This document shows, one piece after another, positions 52,535-64,000 of a DNA stretch of 64,000 bases. Where the stretch lies: NCBI RefSeq assembly GCF_009914755.1, contig NC_060931.1; one strand, given 5' to 3'. Position 1 is the stretch's first letter, and each line of letters starts with the position of its first letter. The notes beneath the pieces are model-generated. The model did no database searches, was not told the origin of the DNA, and was given only the letters and a program-made list of their open reading frames with translations. This stretch comes from the human T2T-CHM13v2.0 reference genome, Homo sapiens. Position numbers and translations under genes: made by a program.

Positions 52535-55387
52535 GCAAGTTCTGCTCAAGAGCCTGTCTGTTTCCCCAGGGCCAGTGCTCCTGTCTCCCCAGGGCCGGTG
52601 GTCCTCTCCGGCTCGCTGTGAGAGGAGACAACCTAGAAGCCCAGCAGTGGACCAGGTGCAAAAAAGCCACAGTCAGAACCCCTGTCCTGGCATCTTAAAT
52701 CACAGCAGGTGGGAGCCAACAGCCACGGCCAAACACAGAAAGCTCGCGATTCCCACACCCCTCCCGCTCTGACCGTGAACGTCATTCCCGGGGCCTCATC
52801 TGCAAAATGAAAGGCTGGAGTTACTCGGTCCTTTCTCTATCTCCCTCCAGACCCAAGGCTCGGACTGCCTCCTCCCAGGGAGGCAAGAGGCCATGACCTT
52901 CACCCTGGGAATGTGACTGAAGAAGCTACTGGCTTGCCAAGGTCACACAGCCAATGACAACAGAACGGGAATGAAACCTCCTCTCCCTCCTGACTCCCCG
53001 GCCAGAGCTGACTCGGCTGCGGGAGGACGCCTATCCCACCTGACCCACTTCTGGGCCATCTGCGCCTCTTGGGCACCCCCAAGCCCCAGTTCTTTGTTCC
53101 GTTAGTGCTTGCCTCTCCATCCCATGATTATCCTCTGATAGTTTCTAGTCTCTAGGACAGCAATCCTGTCCTGCCCTGTGAGTATTTGCTGACAGCAGAA
53201 ATGGGCAGATAAGGAATGGACTTTCCGTGAAAGGAGGGGCTGCAGGGGTGTTCACCTCTGACACATGGGCAGGACAGTGGTGAGGTCCCCATCACCGTGC
53301 GTCGAGCCACAGCCAGGCAGTTCCCAGAAGGTGACATGAAATATCGCACTGGGGAGAGGGCAGGTTAGACCCTCCCACCGAGGAGCTGGGAAGTTCGCTG
53401 GGGGAAAGACACCTGTAAGAGTCAAAATCAACCCAAATAAGAAGTTTACAATCACTGAAAAACTGCCACAAGGTCCCCAGAGTATTGCAGACAGCTGCCA
53501 CCGGAGCAAGAAAGGAAAGGAGAAGGAAACACCATCACCCACGTGCTTTCTCAAGGCCAGGAACTGGGGACGTTTATGGAGGAAATGGAGTCTCGGGGGA
53601 GTTAATCACCTCAGTGTCACACGGCTAAGTGCTGAAGCCAGGAAGGAAATCCAGATTCGTCTAAAGCCATGTGCTCCCCCCGTACCTGGGTGGTGTCAGG
53701 GAGGCCCCACAGGCACCGAGGTTCCAGCTGGTGGAATGTGGATGGACAGGGCGTGGGGCGGGCCAGCATCCCCCGTGTAAGTCAGGAATGCTGGCTGCAC
53801 GCTTGCTCATGGACGATGCATTTGACAGTACGTTCACTAGAGTGCTGTCATCCACGGCACCATCAGGAAGCACCTGGGGATGGATAGCGGCTGGCCAGGC
53901 CCCGTGGGACGGGCCTACAACATCACTCTATTGGATCCTCACAACCCAGGGTGGTGATGAGGGCACCCAGGCCCCAGAAGGTCAATTCACACACAGTCCC
54001 ACCAAAGTGGTGCAACAGAGACTCAACCCCAAGACGTTCTGGCTCCAGAGGCCTCACTCCCAGCCACTGGACTGCTCCAGCCGACAGAGACAGCCCACGG
54101 AGGAAGGAGTGGGGGAAAGGGCTAAGGGCACAAAATGTAAAACACGCTCGGGATGCCACCACTTAAAGGGCTAGAGGATGGAGAGAGCAGTGAGGGAGGA
54201 CGGGCGCTGGGCTGCACACAGCAGGGGCCCCACCTCACGGGATGCTCTCAGTCTGCAGGCCCAGGGGCTTGTAAGCACCACTGGGGAATTCACTAAACCA
54301 GCTTGGAAATTCACTAAACCAGATTGGAAAAGCCAAGCTCAGGCATAGCCCTCTCCAGCATCCTTGGCTCTCCAGCATCCTCGGAAATGCCAAATGTTTG
54401 GGGCCTCCCTGAATTACAGCTGTCCTCCAGACACCCTGCCTGCCCCTAGGCAGTGATGCTGCCTGGCATCCACTCCCTGCACTGCGAGATGGGACAGAAT
54501 AATTTGGAACTGCCCGAGCCACCTGCCTCAGCCCCAAGGAGCTGCAGGAGGAGGGAAAGAGGCCTTGGCCTCTCTGGGACCAATGCGTGCTTCATGCGGG
54601 AGGGAGACCGTGTAGACTCCATTTCTATCCCATCTTTCCCCTTCCCGACTCTCCCCCAGTTAGTCCCTGATCACATGTTTTTTTCAAGAGCCTTGGAACA
54701 GATTCATTAATTAAATCCACAGAGCACAGCCTCCTGCAGCCCTTCCACAAGCTCTGGAAGCTGAATGCACCCGGAAGGTACCAAGAATTCTCGGGGTAAG
54801 ACTGGAGGTGCTCTAAGGGAGGATCAGAGATGCCAGCTCACTCTGGAGTTCATCTGAACCACCCCAAGTCAACCACCGAGACAGCTCATGCATGGAGAGC
54901 CCAGATGATCATGAAATCAGATGCCTGCTGAGGGCTGGCCAACCCAGAGGCTTCTCCCACCCACGCCTCACCCCATCACTCCCCAGACTTGGCTGAGAGG
55001 TGGCCCTGCCCTAAGGAAGCACACATTCAGCAGGGAGAATCCTCCAGAAAGAGACCAGCTGTGAGGGGTGCCCACGGGCCACAGAGCCCCAGGGTCCACA
55101 GAGAGTGAGGCCACCTTGGGACCTGCATGGATACTTTACCTGCATAGTCTGTGTGTTGATTTAAACAGCCTCCTGGGATGCGGGACCCTGGATGGTGGTG
55201 AGCCAGTTCCTGCTGTAATATGTCCCGTCTGGCCTTCTGTTTCAGGAGCTCTGGTTAATGTATGATTTGTGAAGCTCCCTGGGGGAAAGGGATCCGCTAC
55301 CAGACTGATATTTACAAAACCAGGCCTGCAGGGAAGGCGGCAGCTCGGTGTTCAGGCCTTACCAACACTCCCCTGGGCTCACTGTCA

Positions 55388-55726
<339 letters not shown>

Positions 55727-58039
55727 TGAAGTACAAAAAGACCCGGCCTGGGCACTCCGAATTCAGGAAAACCGTTTCAGGTGTCACACAACAGACCTGA
55801 CCTCGGTGATCTAACCCCCATCTTCTTCCCACATTAGGCACCTTCTAAAGTGATTTGATTTTCTCTGAGTGAAAATTCACTTGCCACCTGCAAAAGTGAC
55901 AGGGAACCCGGCTCCCAAACTTCTAAGGCTCCCCTCTGCCCAGACGCCAGGGCTTGCAGGTGCCTTCCCTTCACAGTGAACGCTTCTTCCCGTTTAAACT
56001 TTCATTTTGCAACTCTAGGTGAACTGAATGTCAAGAGTTTGGAGTTTATTTTCCTCCAGAGAAGGTCAGTGGTGGCTGGGTGAGGTGACCACAGAGGCGG
56101 GAGGGCCAGGGAAAGACTTACCAGGAGTTTTCATCTCTTTAGACTACATTAAGTCCAAACCAGGGAGCACTGAGTCAGCTCTCAGTTATCTGGGGGCCCA
56201 TGAGCTTAGGGACTAACACCCCCGCCCACACCGAAGCCCTCTGCACCTTGCCTGCCTCACCCACGGAGACTTTGCACCTTTCACCTGCACGGACAGAAAA
56301 GGTCGGCAGAGGACAGCATGCAGCGGAATTCAACCCTGCCCCTTTCTCTGCCTGCAGAGGGTGCAGTTAAAAAAAGATAAAGTCATTGATGCTGCATCCG
56401 TTTATGTGGCTTCAGAGAACAGAGAATCGGTTTGAAGCGGGTGATTTCTCAAGGCTGTTCCCATCCCCCACAGTGGTCTATGAAGCTTTGAAATCTGGAA
56501 CCTTATTTGTTATACAAGCAACTCGAGGGCAGTTTTCAAGACAGGCCAGTACAGGAGCCTCAGGGCTCAGCTGCCAGGGGAAGGAAGCCTCACTCTTTCC
56601 TCCACACTGTCAAGATACAAACGTGGATGGGAAGGGCACACTCCACAGAAATTCAAAGACCATGCACCCTGGCTGCGGAGCTCACGGAGGACAGGCCAGA
56701 TGCGCAGGAAGAGTGAAGCAAGGCCCGTGAGGCAGGTCAAACGTCAAACCGACTCTATCGGCATCCAGAGGGGCTGTGCAGGAGCAGACACACCGTGGGT
56801 ATCCCCATGGGACACTCTTGAGTGTCTGTCCAAGAAAGAGCTGAAGGGGGGACCACAGCACCAGTTCCTCCCAACCCCAGCACCTTCTGCTTCTCTGCCC
56901 CGTGGCCCTATTTCTATTCCTCCCTCCTTGGGCTCGTTTCATCTTCTCCCTGACCTAAGCCCTCGACCTGGGATTGACAGCTGTGGGTACAGACGGGCAT
57001 GACTGAGCCCCGCTGGTCTTGCTGAGGTCTAAAGAGAAGAGTGGCTGAGAGCAGCTAGCGTTAGTGACAGGAATTGATCCCCAAGAGTTTCTCTCGTGCA
57101 GCATCCCAGCATCTGTGGTTATGATTCCTGCCCCACTTTGGAGGGAAGAGAATAAGACTCAGAGAGGTTGGAGGACAAAGCCACACAGCTAGTAAGCTCT
57201 AATTCAGCCTGCTGGGGGCTTAGCCCATGCTCAGAGCCACCATCCAGGCAGGCTCCTAAGTCTTCATTCATGGTTGTTTGCATTGCAAAGCCTTGGAATG
57301 AACTACAGCAAAACTCTTTGTTTTTGTAGGGAGCTAAGTTTTCTCGATGTGTAATAAGAATCTCAACTTTTAATCATATTTTGTCCACTTTGGAAGAAAT
57401 CATCTAATTTGTTATTAAGCAGACACATCTCCTGACTTTTAATTGCAAGATATTAACTAAGCTTTCCTTTTTTTTGATGATTTGGGGACATTTGCTGGAG
57501 GGAGCAGTGACAGCCTCACTCCAGCTGTGTTGGTGCCATCCCTTGGGAAGGCAGGAGGTTTCAGGAACAGGAATCGTTGATGGGAACAGGTGTTTAGGCC
57601 AAAGAATTCCGAAGAGGTTGGCATTGCTGCCTTCCCAGATAGTGGACGGAAACAGGTGGATGGAGGCCAGGTCACCAGCGGGGATTAAGACTCATGCGAT
57701 CAAAGCCCAGGAAAGAGGGTAAGTGGGAGCTGAGGCTCGGGCATTAAGACAACATCTGGAGTCTCTCCCGTGTGGGTTATTGGGTGAACGGCATTCAGGG
57801 CCAGCTGTGTCCTTTCAGATAAAACTAGAAGATTCAAACCTTCTTTCATTACATCTGCCCTCAGGGACAGGCAGGTTCTGAGGATTAAAGGCAGGGACTC
57901 TGCAGCTGGGTGGGTGGCTGGGCCTTCCTTCCGCCTCTCTCTTATCTATGCTTATTTATCCACATTGGATGGGACAGGCGTCTCTGTGAGAGGCAGTGCT
58001 GGCCAGTAGTTTTGAGCCAGATGGCGTGGTTACCATTCA

Positions 58040-58235
58040 AGGGAACGGGTCACCACTTAGCACAGTTAGCAGGCTGTGTGGCCTTGGGGAAGTCACCAAG
58101 CCCCTGGGTGCCTCTGTAAGATGAGAAGAAGAAGAGCATCTACCTTTGGGGCTTGCTATGGGGCTGCACTCACAGAGCTGCATGATGCCTGGCGATGCTG
58201 TGGGTTATTGTTATTATTATTACTACTACTATTAC
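58040..58235 (+). mobile_element. Diverged MIR with a (TTA/CTA)n tail
   Basis: GGCTGTGTGGCCTTGGGGAAGTCACC...CTGTAAGATGAG...CATCTACC...TGCCTGGC...TTATTATTATTACTAC. Confidence 0.55.
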
Positions 58236-58295
58236 CTGCCAAGGCTTCCGTCTTTGGGTCTGTGGTTAGGGACCTGATGGTTGATCCTTTAATCC

Positions 58296-61192
58296 TTTTT
58301 TTTTTTTTTTTTTTTTTTAGTTTTGTATAAATTATGTTTCATATCTTTTTATTTCAGAAATAATCATTGCTGGAAATGCTGTTAAATTTTTTGGAACTCT
58401 TCTTTTTTTTTTTTTTTTTTTATTGATCATTCTTGGGTGTTTCTCGCAGAAGGGGATTTGGCAGGGTCATAGGACAATAGTGGAGGGAAGGTCAGCAGAT
58501 AAACAAGTGAACAAAGGTCTCTGGTTTTCCTAGGCAGAGGACCCTGCGGCCTTCCGCAGTGTTTGTGTCCCTGGGTACTTAAGATTAGGGAGTGGTGATG
58601 ACTCTTAACGAGCATGCTGCCTTCAAGCATCTGTTTAACAAAGCACATCTTGCACCGCCCTTAATCCATTTAACCCTGAGTGGACACAGCACATGTTTCA
58701 GAGAGCACAGGGTTGGGGGTAAGGTCATAGATCAACAGGATCCCAAGGCAGAAGAATTTTTCTTAGTACAGAACAAAATGAAAAGTCTCCCATGTCTACT
58801 TCTATCCACACAGACCCGGCAACCATCCGATTTCTCAATTTTTTCCCCACCCTTCCCGCCTTTCTATTCCACAAAACCGCCATTGTCATCATGGCCCATC
58901 CCCAATGAGCCGCTGGGCACACCTCCCAGACGGGGTCGTGGCCGGGCAGAGGGGCTCCTCACTTCCCAGTAGGGGCGGCCGGGCAGAAGCGCCCCTCACC
59001 TCCCGGATGGGGCGGCTGGCCGGGCGGGGGGCTGACCCCCCCACCTCCCTCCCGGACGGGGCGGCTGGCCGGGCAGAGGGGCTCCTCACTTCCCAGTAGG
59101 GGCGGCCGGGCAGAGGCGCCCCTCACCTCCCGGACGGGGCGGCTGGCCGGGCGGGGGGCTGACCCCCCCACCTCCCTCCCGGACGGGGCGGCTGGCCGGG
59201 CAGAGGGGCTCCTCACTTCCCAGTAGGGGCGGCCGGGCAGAGGCGCCCCTCACCTCCCGGACGGGGCGGCTGGCCAGGCGGGGGGCTGACCCCCCCACCT
59301 CCCTCCCGGACAGGGCGGCTGGCCGGGCAGAGGGGCTCCTCACTTCCCAGTAGGGGCGGCCGGGCAGAGGCGCCCCTCACCTCCCGGACAGGGCGGCTGG
59401 CCGGGCGGGGGGCTGATCCCCCCACCTCCCTCCCGGACGGGGCGGCTGGCCGGGCGGGGGGCTGACCCCCCACCTCCCTCCCGGACGGGGCGGCTGGCCG
59501 GGCGGGGGGCTGATCCCCCCACCTCCCTCCCGGACGGGGCGGCTGGCCGGGCGGGGGGCTGACCCCCCACCTCCCTCCCGGACGGGGCGGCTGGCCGGGC
59601 GGGGGGCTGATCCCCCCACCTCCCTCCCGGACGGGGCGGCTGGCCGGGCGGGGGGCTGACCCCCCACCTCCCTCCCGGACGGGGCGGCTGGCCGGGCGGG
59701 GGGCTGACCCCCCCACCTCCCTCCCGGACGAGGCGGCTGGCCGGGCAGAGGGGCTCCTCACTTCCCAGTAGGGGCGGCCGGGCAGAGGCGCCCCTCACCT
59801 CCCGGACGGGGCGGCTGGCCAGGCGGGGGGCTGATCCCCCCACCTCCCTCCCGGACGGGGCGGCTGGCCGGGCAGAGGGGTCCTCACTTCCCAGTAGGGG
59901 CGGCCGGGCAGAGGCGCCCCTCACCTCCCGGACAGGGCGGCTGGCCGGGCGGGGGGCTGATCCCCCCACCTCCCTCCCGGACGGGGCGGCTGGCCGGGCG
60001 GGGGGCTGACCCCCCACCTCCCTCCCGGACGGGGCGGCTGGCCGGGCGGGGGGCTGATCCCCCCACCTCCCTCCCGGACGGGGCGGCTGGCCGGGCGGGG
60101 GGCTGACCCCCCACCTCCCTCCCGGACGGGGCGGCTGGCCGGGCGGGGGGCTGATCCCCCCACCTCCCTCCCGGACGGGGCGGCTGGCCGGGCGGGGGGC
60201 TGACCCCCCACCTCCCTCCCGGACGGGGCGGCTGGCCGGGCAGAGGGGTCCTCACTTCCCAGTAGGGGCGGCCGGGCAGAGGCGCCCCTCACCTCCCGGA
60301 CGGGGCGGCTGGCCAGGCGGGGGGCTGATCCCCCCACCTCCCTCCCGGACGGGGCGGCTGGCCGGGCGGGGGGCTGACCCCCCCACCTCCCTCCTGGACG
60401 GGGCGACTGGCCGGGCAGAGGGGCTCCTCACTTCCCAGTAGGGGCGGCCGGGCAGAGGAGCCCCTCACCTCCCGGACGGGGCGGCTGGCCGGGCGGGGGG
60501 CTGACCCCCCCCACCTTCCCCCCGGACGGGGTGGCTGCCGGGCGGAGACGCTCCTCACTTCCCAGACGGGGTGGCTGCTGGACGGAGGGGCTCCTCACTT
60601 CTCAGACGGGGTGGTTGCCAGGCAGAGGTGCTCCCCACCTCTCAGACGATGGGCGGCCAGGCAGAGACGCTCCTCACTTTCCAGAAGGGGTGGCGGCCGG
60701 GCAGAGGCTGCAATCTCGGCTCTTTGGGAGGCCAAGGCAGGCGGCTGGGAGGTGTAGGTTGTAGTGAGCCGAGATCACGCCGCTGCACTCCAGCCTGGGC
60801 ACCATTGAGCACTGAGTGAACGAGACTCCGTCTGCAATCCCGGCACCTCGGAAGGCCGAGGCTGGCGGATCACTCGCGGTTAGGAGCTGGAGACCAGCCC
60901 GGCCAACACAGCGAAACCCCGTCTCCACCAAAAAAAAACGAAAACCAGTCAGGCGTGGCGGCGCGTGCCTGCAATCACAGGCACTCGGCAGGCTGAGGCA
61001 GGAGAATCAGGCAGGGAGGTTGCAGTGAGCCGAGATGGCAGCAGTACAGTCCAGCTTAGGCTCGGCATCAGAGGGAGACCGTGGAAGGAGACCGTGGGTA
61101 GAGGTAGAGGTAGAGGTAGAGGTAGAGGTTAGAGGTTAGAGGTTAGAGGTAGAGGTAGAGGTAGAGGTAGAGGTAGAGGTAGACGTAGAGGT
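58296..61192 (-). mobile_element. Full-length SVA retrotransposon (SVA_E-like) with a 3' transduction
   Basis: Hexamer head 61100-61192, Alu-like domain about 60700-61095, GC-rich VNTR about 58920-60700, SINE-R about 58422-58920 ending ACACCCAAGAATGATCAATAAA, two poly(A) tails (58403-58421 and 58296-58318), TSD ATCCTTTAATC at 58284-58294 and 61193-61203. Subfamily is from recalled SINE-R diagnostics. Confidence 0.96.
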
Positions 61193-61209
61193 ATCCTTTA
61201 ATCTTTCTA

Positions 61210-61651
<442 letters not shown>

Positions 61652-62894
61652 TCATGTCACTTGCTTGGTGTTTTACACCCATGGATGATGAAACAGCAAC
61701 TGCAGCCTGGAGTGCTGGGAGGCAGAGAGAGTCTCGCTTCCCAGGCCATCTGGCTTACTGTGAAGGCCAGAAGCAGCACAGCCTCTCTTGGTCACCAGGG
61801 ATCAGGACTCAGGTGGAGAGGGTGGGGCAGGGGCTGGCAGTGGAGACAGGTCCACACTGGGAACCAGCTGTGCCAGGCAGTGTGGCCCTGAAGCCCCTAA
61901 GGTGTGTCAAGAGGGGTCTTTCAGGAAATGGTTAGAGAGTGCAGGTGTTGTGTTTCTCTCTGACATGTAAACATATGTCTTTCTAGACAGGCAGGTCTTC
62001 CTATACCTGCCTTACGTGGGAAGCACGTCCGCAGGAGAGGTGCCACCCAGTGCCTCCAGCACTGATCAGGCCTTTCTCAGGTGTTGGGCAGGGAGAGGCA
62101 GAGCCCAAGAGAAGCCTCAGCAGAACACTAACAGTGGAAAGGAGGCAGTGAGGTGGAAGCAGCTTCTTTGGTACATGCAGAAAGTTCTAGAAAGGCCTTT
62201 TGGCTTAGAATCCTAGCTCTATTCACGTGAAGCAGCACTTCGGCATGAGGTGGCGCTTGAGGGCCCCTTGTCTGAGTAAAACGTGGATGTTGTAGCTGGT
62301 TTTGGGGGCTGTGGGACTCCCCCATCTGCACACCCCCTACTCAGCCGATGTGGTAAGCATTTAGCCACAGCAAGTGCTTACTTAGTATTTGTTGGTTCCT
62401 GATACACAGAAATCTCTGTGATCCAAGCAGTGTTTCTCCCATAGGACTCTACCCTGCCAACCCTCAGCTCGGCTCAGCTCAGCAGCTCGCTAACTGTGAA
62501 ACTCGGACGGACATCCTGTGATCACTCCAACGCTTTAAAATTCATCAAAGCGCAGAGCGCTGCCTGGCCGCAGCCCATTGCTCTGTTGTTCTGAGGGGCA
62601 AGGCCACAGCGACCTACAGCAGGGAAGAGACAAACACAGATCTGGTGCAGAGATTATTCGGGTCATCGATGACAGGCAGGCAAGAAAGCAGGAGCGTTTC
62701 CTGCACGGCCACACCCAAGCAGAACCTTTTCAGGGTACTCATCCCTTTTTAGGCTGGGCTTCGCTCCCCAGCGAGGTCAGCAGGGCCAGCTGATTGTTTT
62801 TATTTTACAGGTGTGGGATTCCCTCTGGGGTCTGACTGCCACACTCAGACACAGAAGGGGCAGCAGGGGCAGGGTTTCTAGAGACAGACCTCCT

Positions 62895-63885
<991 letters not shown>

Positions 63886-64000
63886 AAGTGATGGCTAGGA
63901 ATCCACTCATGCTGTATTCAGACGGCCACCCCCAGACCCCTCGACTCCTACCCTAAAGCCCTGTTTTGCAAGGGCTGGGTATGTTTGCAGGATTCTGCAA

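Noticed and set aside
54285-54385. Two small tandem duplications (21-bp AATTCACTAAACCAG unit; 17-bp CTCTCCAGCATCC unit)
   Set aside because: Ordinary two-copy slippage products with no further structure.
58592-61028. Many ORFs resembling database hypothetical proteins
   Set aside because: They are translations of SVA SINE-R, VNTR and Alu-like domains.

Overview
This is primate genomic DNA, almost certainly human (Alu, L1PA, MaLR/ERVL LTRs, and a full-length SVA of the young, E-like type). No recognisable protein-coding gene, rRNA, tRNA or CRISPR array is present, and nearly all long ORFs in the track come from stop-free tandem repeats or retroelements. Roughly a quarter of the window is tandem repeat: large arrays start near 5.6, 16.7, 25.3, 30.5, 33.8, 38.7, 42.1 and 46.6 kb. 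This density, with GC-shifted old repeats, is typical of a subtelomeric region. A CpG island at about 37.6-38.4 kb is followed by canonical splice signals, suggesting a non-coding transcription unit. The most notable features are: (1) a minus-strand SVA with an 84-bp 3' transduction between two poly(A) tails and a fully non-canonical (ACCTCT)n hexamer head, inserted in the target-site duplication of an older Alu; (2) several VNTRs that visibly grew out of ancient retroelements (two MLT1 LTRs, a MIR tail, an L1 3' UTR); (3) motif-array VNTRs (ETS sites; splice donors, E-boxes and RSS heptamers) on either side of the CpG island; (4) a 126-bp dispersed duplication with a junction hairpin; (5) a 179-aa ORF in unique sequence. 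Repeat subfamily calls are from recalled consensus sequences and need RepeatMasker/Dfam confirmation. I did not find a convincing new multi-gene system.
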